64,000 bases of DNA. Origin: an uncultured Pelagibacteraceae bacterium (GTDB lineage Bacteria; Pseudomonadota; Alphaproteobacteria; Pelagibacterales; AG-422-B15). The notes below the pieces were generated by a model. The model was not told the origin of the DNA. It did not search any database and saw only the letters and a list, made by a program, of their open reading frames with translations. Position 1 is the stretch's first letter, and each line of letters opens with the position of its first letter. The position numbers and the translations under genes were made by a program. Shown one piece after another: positions 11,525 through 20,322 of the stretch. The stretch spans positions 3,125-67,124 of the forward strand of contig CABYSM010000004.1 of NCBI GenBank assembly GCA_902521655.1. The letters are read 5' to 3'.

Positions 11525-11878
11525 ATCTGTTTATTGAGTCGTATTAGTATCATGCTGAAATATATATTTTAATCTCTTAAATTCAAGCGAATCATGGAAA
11601 AATTAAGCATTCCTTCCGTTAGCGATTGTAATATCCACAAAAACTGTACTTTATATGATGTGGCGTATTGCCCTAATATACAGATATATAGGTATTTCTT
11701 TGCTATTTAATAAAAAATGACTGATTTTAGGGAAATACTTACCAGTCATTGGAGACTTAAGTCAGTTAATGTGCTTACTCTTTATCAATAATTTCGAATA
11801 AATTAAAACTCTGATTGGTTTTTTTTATCAATCTCAAAAAACGATAGTTTAAGTTAAAATCACAATTATAATTACCTG

Positions 11879-12802
11879 ATGTTTACTTTACTAGCTGAAA
11901 ATCTTCATTTTGGGGAAGGACCTAGGTGGCGCAATAATAAATTATGGTTTTCAGACTTTTACCAACATTCAGTAATGACGTTGGATCTTAGTGGTAAAAT
12001 TGAAAAAATAGTTGAAATCCCTAATCAACCTTCTGGGTTAGGATGGTTGCCTAATGGGGACTTGCTCATTGTTTCGATGCTTGATCGAAAAATAATGAAA
12101 TACAGCAACAATGAACTCTCACTTCACTCAGACTTATCTAAGCTAACGCCATTCAGATGCAATGACATGGTAGTGGATAAAGATGGAGATGCTTATGTTG
12201 GAAACTTTGGCTCTTTGCATCATGCAAGAGATGTAAAACCAACTTGTCTTATACATGTTGATCCACAAGGCAATGCAAAAGTTGCTGCAAAAAAATTAGA
12301 TTTTCCAAATGGAACTGTAATTACTCCTGATGGAAAGAAAATGATTATTGGAGAGACCTATGCAGGAAGACTCACATCATTTGATATTGGCCTAGATAAA
12401 CGGCTGAGTAATAGAAAAGTCTGGGCTAAAATGATGCCTACCTGGTATTACATTGGTGTGAGATTTGCATTAGCAACTATTTATAAACTATTAAATTTGC
12501 AGGTTAAAGAGGGTTCCATTACACCTTTTCCAGTACCTGATGGTATTTGCCTTGATGAAGGTAATGGAGTGTGGGTTGCTTCCCCTACCACATCTGAAGT
12601 TATAAGGTTTGAGGAAGGGGGTGTCATTACAGATAGATTATCTACCCCAGACAGAGCTTATGCATGCATGCTTGGTGGAGATGATGGAAAAACATTATTT
12701 GTCATTACTGGTAAATCATCAATCCCTGAAGAAGCTCAAAGTGAGAAGAATGGGAAAATTTATAAAACTCTCGTAAAGTTTGCACGCGCTGGTTATCCAT
12801 AG
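11879..12802 (+). CDS. SMP-30/gluconolactonase/LRE-like beta-propeller protein
   Basis: N-terminal FGEGPRW, plus NGT(V)ITPDG and PDGICLDE..GVWVA repeats typical of the SGL family. 307 aa. Confidence 0.8.
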   Translation: MFTLLAENLHFGEGPRWRNNKLWFSDFYQHSVMTLDLSGKIEKIVEIPNQPSGLGWLPNGDLLIVSMLDRKIMKYSNNELSLHSDLSKLTPFRCNDMVVDKDGDAYVGNFGSLHHARDVKPTCLIHVDPQGNAKVAAKKLDFPNGTVITPDGKKMIIGETYAGRLTSFDIGLDKRLSNRKVWAKMMPTWYYIGVRFALATIYKLLNLQVKEGSITPFPVPDGICLDEGNGVWVASPTTSEVIRFEEGGVITDRLSTPDRAYACMLGGDDGKTLFVITGKSSIPEEAQSEKNGKIYKTLVKFARAGYP

Positions 12803-13422
12803 TGTCTAATTATGTTTTATACGGTAGATCAGAAACTGGCTCTGATGTTGTTGAGTATTTATTCCACGAATTTAACATTGATTACAATTTTATTCATGTG
12901 GATGAAATAAAAGTAAAAACAAATCAAGAAATTCTTAAACATAACCCGTTAGGTCGGGTTCCAATGATTAAATTATCTAATGGTCAATATATGATCGAAA
13001 GCATGAATATAGTTTACCATTTAGTAAATAAAGGTGGGCGACTTGTCCCAAAATCAAATTCAGTTGAACGCGATAAATTTAATCAATTCATGTCTTTTTT
13101 ATCATCATCTGTCTATCCAATAATACTGTTAATATACCACCCAGATCACTATACATCTAAAAATAGTGAGTCTGACTTAATACGTAAAGCTGAAGAAATT
13201 ATAAACACCTATCTTAAATTTATTGATACAAGCATGAATACTTATCTATGTGGAAATTATATCACTGCTGCAGATTACTATTTATACATGCTTCTTGCTT
13301 GGTTAGAAGAAGATGGATATTTGAATGGCTATGAAAAAATAAACAGTTTTTTCAACAAAATGTCTAAGAATCAGACAATACTAGCTGTGAAGAGGTTACA
13401 AAGTGAGAGAGAAAAAAAGTAG
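12802..13422 (+). CDS. Glutathione S-transferase-like protein
   Basis: Thioredoxin-like GST N-domain (HNPLGRVPMIKLSNGQYMIESMNIVYHL) and helical C-domain. GTG start overlaps the upstream TAG by 1 nt (TAGTG). Confidence 0.75.
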   Translation: MSNYVLYGRSETGSDVVEYLFHEFNIDYNFIHVDEIKVKTNQEILKHNPLGRVPMIKLSNGQYMIESMNIVYHLVNKGGRLVPKSNSVERDKFNQFMSFLSSSVYPIILLIYHPDHYTSKNSESDLIRKAEEIINTYLKFIDTSMNTYLCGNYITAADYYLYMLLAWLEEDGYLNGYEKINSFFNKMSKNQTILAVKRLQSEREKK

Positions 13423-13990
13423 ACGGTTTTTTATTGTTTATGGGCATTACGACGATAACTCGTTCAATGCTGCCATTAAAAATACATTTATTGAAAGTGC
13501 TGAAAAAGCAGGACATAGCGTTGATATAGTGGACCTTTATAAAGACAAATTTGACCCTGTTTATGCGGGTGGTAATCCAGGGCCAGATGTTCTTGACCAC
13601 AGAAGTCGAATTGATGCAAGTGATACCATCGTTCTTATTGCACCAATTTGGAATTTTAGAATGCCAGCAATTCTGGAAGGCTGGATTGATAAGGTATTAG
13701 CTCCACCATGGGCATTTACCTTTAAACAACTGGTTGGTAATTATGGATATCCTCAAGGCAATCTGGGTGACAAGAAAGCAATTATTTTTTGTACATATGG
13801 GTCACCAAGATTGGCAATAACGACTTTCTTTTTAAATCTGCCGATAAGGCGTCTAAAAAGAGGTGTTTTTCATATTTGTGGCATTAAAAATATACTCTAT
13901 AAACGATATTTTGCTGTCCCTTTTGTATCGGAAAAGATAAGAAAGAAATTTCTCAAAGACGTTCAAGATACAGCAACATTATTTCAATAG
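13403..13990 (+). CDS. Flavodoxin-like-fold NAD(P)H:quinone oxidoreductase family protein
   Basis: FIVYGHYDDNSFNAAIKNTFIESAEKAGHSVDIVDLY..FDP and IVLIAPIWNFRMPAILEGWIDKV resemble the Flavodoxin_2/NQO family. GTG start lies 20 nt inside the GST gene. Confidence 0.72.
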   Translation: MREKKSRRFFIVYGHYDDNSFNAAIKNTFIESAEKAGHSVDIVDLYKDKFDPVYAGGNPGPDVLDHRSRIDASDTIVLIAPIWNFRMPAILEGWIDKVLAPPWAFTFKQLVGNYGYPQGNLGDKKAIIFCTYGSPRLAITTFFLNLPIRRLKRGVFHICGIKNILYKRYFAVPFVSEKIRKKFLKDVQDTATLFQ

Positions 13991-14027
13991 ACTTGCTTTT
14001 TAGTAACAATGAAACTATTTAATTGAT

Positions 14028-14324
14028 ATGAATTTTATAAAAAAAATATGGTCCTCTATAATGGATCCAAATGTAAATCCCCTTAGTAACATTACTAATC
14101 TAAAAGTTAGACATATGGTTATGCAGATACTCGCTTTTATGTGGAGTGGTGTGTTTTCTCTATACATAGTTGACAGTATTTTTGTCTTTGGAATAACCTC
14201 CATTGCTCACGTACTATTTATTGCTGCAATTTTTATTACTGCTTTTGTCTTTAATACGGCAAAAAACAGACCTCAGATTTACGATCTAAAATCCTTTAGA
14301 GGAAAAGATGGCGAGCATGACTAG
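14028..14324 (+). CDS. Small membrane protein (2 predicted TM helices), unknown function
   Basis: 98-aa ORF with two hydrophobic stretches (ILAFMWSGVFSLYIVDSIFVF, IAHVLFIAAIFITAFVF). Its stop lies 2 nt before the next ATG. Confidence 0.6.
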   Translation: MNFIKKIWSSIMDPNVNPLSNITNLKVRHMVMQILAFMWSGVFSLYIVDSIFVFGITSIAHVLFIAAIFITAFVFNTAKNRPQIYDLKSFRGKDGEHD

Positions 14325-14326
14325 AT

Positions 14327-15196
14327 ATGATGCGAATTGCAAGCTTACTGCCTAGTGCTAGTGAAATAGTTTGTGACATTGGTCTTAAAGATAATCTAGT
14401 TGCCATTAGTCATGAATGCAATTATCCCAAAAGCTTAGAAGGACTTAAGGTAGTTACCAATTCCTCAATTGATTCAAATCAAGAACAACGAGAAATTGAT
14501 ACACAGGTTAGAAAAAAGGTTCAAAGTAAACTGCCTTTGTATGAAATAAATACTCAGTTACTCAATGAATTAAAGCCTGATGCTATTATAACCCAAGGTC
14601 TCTGTGATGTGTGTGCAATTTCAAGTAGTGAGATAGAGGTGGTTCTCAAAGGTACATTGTGTACTTTGCCGTCATCAACTCAAATCATTTCATTAAATGG
14701 AAAATCGTTTGAAGAAATATGCTCTGAAATACTCAAGCTAGGCGAGCAGTTAGATGCAGAAAAGCAAGCTAAACAACATGTTGATAAGGCAATAGCTAGA
14801 AGAGATAAACTTGATAGGTTACCGAAATACTCTCGCAAAATTCTATCACTTGAGTGGATTGATCCTTATTTTTCGGCAGGACATTGGGTACCTGAACAAA
14901 TTGAAATGGCTGGTTTTCGATCTGCTATTGGTCAAAAAGGTGAGCATTCCCGAGTTATTAGTATCGAAGAAATAATTGAATCAGATCCAGACGATATAGC
15001 GGTAATCTGTTGTGGGTACAAGTTGCATGAAAATAAGTTGTTTGCTGAAAAATTAAAAAATAATAAGGAAATTAATTTTTTAAGACCCTTTAAGTCAGAT
15101 AATATTTATTCCTTTGATTCTGATGCCTATTTCAGTCGTCCTACAACTAGAATCATAGAGGGTGCTGAACAACTTAGAAAATCAATTTTAGATTAA
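14327..15196 (+). CDS. Periplasmic-binding-protein-fold (BtuF/Fe-siderophore PBP family-like) protein without a signal peptide
   Basis: N-terminus MMRIASLLPSASEIVCDIGL..LVAISHECNYP, plus PDAIITQGLCDVCAIS and GHWVPE, resemble the class III (PF01497-type) binding-protein family. No hydrophobic leader. Confidence 0.7.
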   Translation: MMRIASLLPSASEIVCDIGLKDNLVAISHECNYPKSLEGLKVVTNSSIDSNQEQREIDTQVRKKVQSKLPLYEINTQLLNELKPDAIITQGLCDVCAISSSEIEVVLKGTLCTLPSSTQIISLNGKSFEEICSEILKLGEQLDAEKQAKQHVDKAIARRDKLDRLPKYSRKILSLEWIDPYFSAGHWVPEQIEMAGFRSAIGQKGEHSRVISIEEIIESDPDDIAVICCGYKLHENKLFAEKLKNNKEINFLRPFKSDNIYSFDSDAYFSRPTTRIIEGAEQLRKSILD

Positions 15197-15215
15197 TTAA
15201 GTTAAAATAGTTATT

Positions 15216-15632
15216 TTAGATATATATCTTATCGGATAGACCTATGATTAATATTATCGATGTCACTAGAGTAAACGCGCCGATAATAAGATCAGTAATT
15301 GAATTCTTTGCGCCTATTTCTGCATCTATTCCTTTTAGAAAAAAAGTCGTATCATATATAGATAAAATTAAACCTAATAAGAATATTAGATTATAATAAG
15401 CCCAAGCACCTTCAGGGCCGTTCGGTCTAAATATTAAATAAATACCTATAAGAAAAAATGGTGTTATAAATGCGCCTAATACTCTAATAATATAAATACT
15501 GCTTTTGTCCATATTAAACTCTTTAGCCATACCGTCTGGTGCAAAAAGAGCTCTAAAAGAAAAAACTCCAAATAATGCTGTCATCAATAAATGCAGAATA
15601 AGAAGGTAAATACTATTAAAATTTTCGATCAC
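15216..15632 (-). CDS. Small integral membrane protein (about 4 TM), unknown function
   Basis: 138-aa hydrophobic ORF with a GTG start. No recognisable motif. Confidence 0.6.
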   Translation of the reverse strand: MIENFNSIYLLILHLLMTALFGVFSFRALFAPDGMAKEFNMDKSSIYIIRVLGAFITPFFLIGIYLIFRPNGPEGAWAYYNLIFLLGLILSIYDTTFFLKGIDAEIGAKNSITDLIIGAFTLVTSIILIIGLSDKIYI

Positions 15633-15683
15633 TCTACAAGCATAATACTAGAGTCAAATAATAGCAAATAAGCACTTTGTATG

Positions 15684-15760
15684 TGGCGGGAGTGACGGGA
15701 CTCGAACCCGCGACCTCCTGCGTGACAGGCAGGCGCTCTAACCAGCTGAGCTACACCCCC
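15684..15760 (-). tRNA. tRNA-Asp (anticodon GTC)
   Basis: Reverse complement is GGGGGTGTAGCTCAGCTGGTTAGAGCGCCTGCCTGTCACGCAGGAGGTCGCGGGTTCGAGTCCCGTCACTCCCGCCA. Cloverleaf checked by hand, anticodon loop CTGTCAC, encoded CCA. Confidence 0.95.
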
Positions 15761-15768
15761 ACAAAAAG

Positions 15769-15844
15769 TGGTGGGCGATGACAGGTTCGAACTGCCGACA
15801 TTCACGGTGTAAACGTGACGCTCTTCCAGCTGAGCTAATCGCCC
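15769..15844 (-). tRNA. tRNA-Val (anticodon TAC)
   Basis: Reverse complement is GGGCGATTAGCTCAGCTGGAAGAGCGTCACGTTTACACCGTGAATGTCGGCAGTTCGAACCTGTCATCGCCCACCA. Acceptor GGGCGAT/ATCGCCC, anticodon loop TTTACAC. Confidence 0.95.
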
Positions 15845-15890
15845 GGATAGACTGTTATATATCTATTTTATAGAAGGTAAAATGTAATTT

Positions 15891-15937
15891 ATTAAAAAAA
15901 AATCCGACCATACAAAATAAATGTACGATCGGATTTT
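15891..15937 (-). terminator. Putative intrinsic terminator downstream of hupB
   Basis: On the minus strand, AAAATCCGA, a 21-nt loop, then TCGGATTTT running into a T-tract (plus-strand A-run 15893-15900). Lies 27 nt after the hupB stop. Confidence 0.55.
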
Positions 15938-15963
15938 AAAATAATTTCACAGTTAAGTAGAAC

Positions 15964-16254
15964 TTACATTCCCCCGCCTGCGTTATTAACAGCCTCTTTC
16001 AAACCTTTACCTGCTGTAAATTTAGGTCTGGTTGATTGAGGTATTTGAATGACTTCATTGGTACGTGGATTACGCCCCTGAGAAGCCTTTCTGATAGAAG
16101 TTTTGAATGTACCAAAGCCTACCAATCTTACTTCACCTCTTGCTTTTAGAACGTCAGTAATTTGGTCAAAAACGGCATTAACTGCCTTTTCTGAATCTGA
16201 TTTCTGCATACCAGTAACTTCAGCTACTTTTCCTATTAAGTCTTGTTTGTTCAT
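15964..16254 (-). CDS. hupB: DNA-binding protein HU
   Basis: MNKQDLIGKVAE...GFGTF...R.GRNPRT.E.I.IP motifs. I chose ATG at 16254 (AAGGTGG Shine-Dalgarno 3 nt upstream) over the GTG at 16263 used by the ORF track. Confidence 0.95.
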   Translation of the reverse strand: MNKQDLIGKVAEVTGMQKSDSEKAVNAVFDQITDVLKARGEVRLVGFGTFKTSIRKASQGRNPRTNEVIQIPQSTRPKFTAGKGLKEAVNNAGGGM

Positions 16255-16392
16255 AATCCCCACCTTTTCTAGGAGTTATTGATTCGTAATATAACTATGA
16301 GATCTGAAGTACTATATATAGTCAAGAAAAAGCCCTGAAAAACAGGTAAAAATCAAATATTCGTGTTTAAGAAATTATAATTTTAAGCGTAA

Positions 16393-18801
16393 TCAATGAG
16401 TTATGGGATTATCCGTATCTTGTTCGCCTTCTTCTTCCTTTATCTCACTGGAAGATTTAGGGGATTCATCCTCATTCCACTCAATTGGAAGCAGAGGCTT
16501 AGTTAAGGCAATTTTTAAAACCTCATCTACATTGTCAACAAAGATGAGCTCTAACCCACCTTTAACATTATCCGGAATATCAGCCATATCTTTTTCGTTT
16601 TCTTTTGGAATGATAACTGTTTTTGTTCCAGCTCTTAGTGCTGCTAATAATTTCTCTTTAAGACCTCCTATACCAAGAGCCTTTCCTCTTAAGGTTACCT
16701 CACCTGTCATTGCTATATCTTTTCTAACAGGGATACCAGTTAAAACAGAAACAATTGAAGTCACCATGGCGAGGCCAGCAGATGGACCATCTTTGGGTAT
16801 AGCACCTTCAGGTACATGAATGTGTATGTCTCTTTGAGGAAAAATAGTTGGCTTGATTCCAAACTCTATACATCTTGAACGAACATATGACTTAGCTGCT
16901 TGAATTGACTCTTTCATTACGTCACCTAGCTTCCCAGTTATGGTCATCCTGCCCTTACCCGGCATAATAACTGATTCAATTTGCAATATATCACCACCTA
17001 CTTCAGTCCAGGCAAGTCCGGTGACGATTCCAACTTGATCATCATTGTCAATTTCACCATACTTAAACTTTCTAACTCCAGCAAAATCATTCAAGTTATT
17101 TTCATCAATTTTAATCGATGCGACATCACCAGCTACGATTTTCTTTACAGTCTTACGCGCTAGATTTGAAAGCTCTCTTTCAAGGCTTCTCACTCCAGCT
17201 TCACGTGTATAATATCTGATTAATCCTAAAATTGCTGAGTCATCTAAAACAAGTTCATCTTTTTTTAAACCATGTTTTTCGAGCATTTGTGGAGCGAGAT
17301 GTTGTTTCACAATCTCTAGTTTTTCATCTTCAGTGTAACCTGCTATTCTAATTATTTCCATTCTATCCAATAATGCAGGTGGCATTCTTAACGTATTCGC
17401 AGTTGTAATAAACATCGTATCAGACAAGTCATAGTCAACTTCAAGATAGTGATCATTGAATGTGTTATTTTGCTCTGGATCTAGAACTTCAAGTAAAGCC
17501 GAAGAAGGATCTCCCCTATAGTCAGCTCCGAGCTTATCAATCTCATCTAATAAGAATAAAGGGTTAGATGAACCAGCTTTTTTCATCATTTGCAAAACTT
17601 TACCAGGTAAGGAACCAATATAAGTTCTTCTATGGCCTCTAATCTCAGCCTCATCACGCACACCACCAAGTGACATACGAACAAACTTTCTTCCAGTAGA
17701 GCGAGCAATAGATTTACCTAATGATGTCTTTCCAACACCTGGAGCACCTACTAAACAAAGGATTGGCCCTTTCATTTTTTTAATTCTTTGCTGAACTGCT
17801 AAATATTCAAGAATTCTTTCTTTTACTTTTTCTAGGCCATAATGATCTTCATTTAGAACTTTTTCAGCAAAATTTATATCTTTTTTAACTTTTGTCTTCT
17901 TGTTCCAAGGTATGGATAAGATCCAATCAAGGTAATTACGTATTACGCTTGATTCAGCCGACATCGGACTCATCGACTTCAATTTTTTCATCTCAGTGTA
18001 GCATTTCTCACGAGCTTCTTTTGACAATTTTGTTGTCTCAATTTTTTCCTCATATTCTTGTACATCATCCTTACCATCTTCACCTTCACCAAGTTCTTTT
18101 TGAATCGCTTTCATTTGCTCATTTAAATAATACTCTCGTTGAGTTTTCTCCATTTGGTTCTTAACTCTCCCTCTGATCTTCTTTTCAACTTGCATTACAT
18201 CAAGTTCTGCTTGAATAAAATTCATAATTTTATCAAAACGATCTGATAGATCTATTGCTTCTAATATTTCTTGTTTATCAGAAAGCTTAATAGACAAGTG
18301 AGATGCAATTGTATCGCTTAACTTAGATAGGTCATCTATCTCATTTATTGTTCCTATTACTTCTGGAGGAATTTTTTTATTTAAACTTACATATTTATCA
18401 AACGACTCAGTAATTGATTTAGATTGCGCTCTAATTTTTTTATCCGTCGTGTCTATATTTTCTTCAATTAAATCAATATTTGATTCAAGATAAGATTCTT
18501 TGTCAGCAAACATGTTAATAGAGGCACGTTGCAATCCCTCTACTAAAACCTTTACTGTACCATCAGGAAGCTTCAATAACTGCAACACATTCGCTACAGT
18601 TCCGAAATCAAATAAATCATCCTTTTTAGGATCATCTACAGATGCTTTTTTTTGCGTAATTAACATTATTCGTTTATCGCCAGACATTACCTTTTCAAGC
18701 GCTTTAACCGATTTATCCCTACCAACAAAAAGCGGGACTACCATGTGCGGAAACACAACAATGTCTCTAAGGGGCAAAACTGGAATATTATTTTCAGTCA
18801 T
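16393..18801 (-). CDS. lon: ATP-dependent Lon protease
   Basis: LON N-domain, Walker A GAPGVGKTSLGKSIA, and catalytic PKDGPSAGLAMVTSIVS. 802 aa. Confidence 0.97.
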   Translation of the reverse strand: MTENNIPVLPLRDIVVFPHMVVPLFVGRDKSVKALEKVMSGDKRIMLITQKKASVDDPKKDDLFDFGTVANVLQLLKLPDGTVKVLVEGLQRASINMFADKESYLESNIDLIEENIDTTDKKIRAQSKSITESFDKYVSLNKKIPPEVIGTINEIDDLSKLSDTIASHLSIKLSDKQEILEAIDLSDRFDKIMNFIQAELDVMQVEKKIRGRVKNQMEKTQREYYLNEQMKAIQKELGEGEDGKDDVQEYEEKIETTKLSKEAREKCYTEMKKLKSMSPMSAESSVIRNYLDWILSIPWNKKTKVKKDINFAEKVLNEDHYGLEKVKERILEYLAVQQRIKKMKGPILCLVGAPGVGKTSLGKSIARSTGRKFVRMSLGGVRDEAEIRGHRRTYIGSLPGKVLQMMKKAGSSNPLFLLDEIDKLGADYRGDPSSALLEVLDPEQNNTFNDHYLEVDYDLSDTMFITTANTLRMPPALLDRMEIIRIAGYTEDEKLEIVKQHLAPQMLEKHGLKKDELVLDDSAILGLIRYYTREAGVRSLERELSNLARKTVKKIVAGDVASIKIDENNLNDFAGVRKFKYGEIDNDDQVGIVTGLAWTEVGGDILQIESVIMPGKGRMTITGKLGDVMKESIQAAKSYVRSRCIEFGIKPTIFPQRDIHIHVPEGAIPKDGPSAGLAMVTSIVSVLTGIPVRKDIAMTGEVTLRGKALGIGGLKEKLLAALRAGTKTVIIPKENEKDMADIPDNVKGGLELIFVDNVDEVLKIALTKPLLPIEWNEDESPKSSSEIKEEEGEQDTDNPITH

Positions 18802-18880
18802 AAATGAATCGTTTTAGTTATTATTAATAAGAAATTTAAAGCACTCTTTAGTAAAGTTAATTATTAAGTAGTCATCTATT

Positions 18881-18908
18881 AAATGTGCATAAAAAAATGA
18901 TTTTCAAG
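18881..18908 (-). promoter_or_regulatory. Candidate sigma-32 (RpoH)-type heat-shock promoter for lon
   Basis: Minus strand reads CCTTCTTGAAAA, 14 nt, then GCACATTTA, about 80 nt upstream of the lon ATG. Resembles CTTGAA-N13-17-CCCCATnTA. Match is partial (6/8 in the -10). Confidence 0.35.
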
Positions 18909-18928
18909 AAGGTAGGCGTTTTGGACAG

Positions 18929-20197
18929 CTAAGCGCTTGTTTCAGAAGACTTTTTAGTATCTGAATAAATGTACAAAGGTCTTGCTCTTCCTTCAGCAAC
19001 TTCTGCATTAATCACAACTTCTTCAACGCCCTCAAGAGATGGAAGTTCAAACATTGTGTCCAAAAGAATATTTTCAAGAATTGACCTTAGTCCCCTTGCT
19101 CCAGTTTTTCTAGCAATTGCTTTATTTGCAATCACACTTAAAGCGTCTTTGGATAAAATTAGCTTAACGTCTTCCATTCCAAATAATGTCTGATACTGTT
19201 TAACCAGTGCATTTTTAGGTTCTTGAAGAATTTTCATTAAAGATTCTTCATCAAGATCTGTTAATGTTGTGACAATTGGCAGTCTTCCAACAAACTCTGG
19301 GATTAGACCGTAATTTAATAAGTCTTCTGGCTCTAAGTCCATAAGACTATTGCCTCCAGACTTTTCTTCATATTTTTTTACGTTCGCTTGGAAACCAATA
19401 CCGGTACCTTTAGATCTTTTGTTAATCAACTTATCAAGACCAGAGAATGCTCCCCCACATATAAATAATATGTTTGTTGTATCAACTTGAAGGAATTCTT
19501 GTTGGGGATGCTTTCTACCACCTTGTGGCGGGACACTTGCAACAGTCCCTTCCATTATTTTAAGAAGAGCTTGTTGAACACCTTCTCCTGACACATCTCT
19601 AGTTATTGAAGGGTTTTCAGATTTTCTACTCACTTTGTCAATCTCATCAATATAAACAATACCTCTTTGCGCTCTTTCAACATTATAATCTGAAGCTTGA
19701 AGAAGTTTTAAAATTATATTTTCTACATCCTCACCTACATAGCCTGCTTCAGTAAGAGTAGTAGCATCAGCCATTGTGAAAGGAACATCTAATATTCTAG
19801 CCAACGTTTGAGCTAATAAAGTTTTTCCACATCCTGTTGGACCAATTAACAAAATATTTGATTTAGAGAGTTCTACATCTGATTTAAAACTTGAATGCTC
19901 AATTCTTTTATAATGATTATGCACGGCAACTGAGAGATTGTATTTGGCATCTTTCTGTCCAATTACAAATTCATCAAGCGTCTCGCAAATTTCTTTTGGA
20001 GTAGGAATGCGACTAGAAGACTTTGCTTTTGTCTCTTTGTTTTCTTCCTGGATGATATCGTTACAAAGTTCAACACACTCATCACAAATAAATACAGTTG
20101 GACCTGCAATGAGTTTTTTTACCTCATGCTGACTTTTGCCACAAAAAGAGCAATAAAGTGTGTTCTTGCTTTTATTATCGTTACTGTTTTCAACCAT
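18929..20197 (-). CDS. clpX: ATP-dependent Clp protease ATP-binding subunit ClpX
   Basis: Zinc-binding CSFCGK...CDEC N-terminus and Walker [16 protein letters not shown]. 422 aa. Confidence 0.97.
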   Translation of the reverse strand: MVENSNDNKSKNTLYCSFCGKSQHEVKKLIAGPTVFICDECVELCNDIIQEENKETKAKSSSRIPTPKEICETLDEFVIGQKDAKYNLSVAVHNHYKRIEHSSFKSDVELSKSNILLIGPTGCGKTLLAQTLARILDVPFTMADATTLTEAGYVGEDVENIILKLLQASDYNVERAQRGIVYIDEIDKVSRKSENPSITRDVSGEGVQQALLKIMEGTVASVPPQGGRKHPQQEFLQVDTTNILFICGGAFSGLDKLINKRSKGTGIGFQANVKKYEEKSGGNSLMDLEPEDLLNYGLIPEFVGRLPIVTTLTDLDEESLMKILQEPKNALVKQYQTLFGMEDVKLILSKDALSVIANKAIARKTGARGLRSILENILLDTMFELPSLEGVEEVVINAEVAEGRARPLYIYSDTKKSSETSA

Positions 20198-20257
20198 TTT
20201 TATTTAAAATTTCGAATCAATATTGCATTAAGAAACCATTATTAAACCCAAAAAACA

Positions 20258-20278
20258 ATTAAATTTGGCAAATTTAAT
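20258..20278 (-). terminator. Weak AT-only hairpin plus T-tract between clpP and clpX (possible partial terminator)
   Basis: Minus strand reads ATTAAATTT-GCC-AAATTTAAT followed by TGTTTTTTGG. All A-T stem, so low stability. Confidence 0.3.
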
Positions 20279-20322
20279 AAAAAAATTGTTTATAAACAGT
20301 TAATTAAGGGCTCTATTTGAGG

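Noticed and set aside
11521-11553. A 10-codon minus-strand uORF ([10 protein letters not shown]) whose TGA overlaps the nuoA ATG (ATATGA).
   Set aside because: It is short enough to arise by chance. There is no evidence for a leader-peptide mechanism controlling nuo operons.
11658-11665. The octamer ATGTGGCG occurs at both edges of the islet, at 11658-11665 and at 15681-15688. The second copy covers the last 5 nt of tRNA-Asp plus 3 flanking nt. This could be an att-site remnant.
   Set aside because: The identity extends outward from the tRNA rather than into it, and stops after 5 tRNA bases. A true attL/attR pair should repeat a longer stretch of the tRNA 3' end. No integrase is present.
11594-11710. 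A 38-codon plus-strand ORF in the long spacer (MEKLSIPSVSDCNIHKNCTLYDVAYCPNIQIYRYFFAI) with three Cys.
   Set aside because: It has no Shine-Dalgarno-like sequence and no recognisable family, and its composition is typical of random AT-rich sequence. It would need conservation or ribosome-profiling evidence.
11754-11763. A perfect 10-bp palindrome, GACTTAAGTC, in the nuoA upstream spacer.
   Set aside because: Palindromes of this length are expected many times by chance in 64 kb of AT-rich DNA. It is mentioned only as context for the neighbouring hairpin.
14015-14203. A 62-aa minus-strand ORF overlapping the 98-aa plus-strand membrane ORF.
   Set aside because: The plus-strand ORF is longer, has two clear TM helices and is translationally coupled to the downstream gene. 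The minus-strand ORF has no such support.
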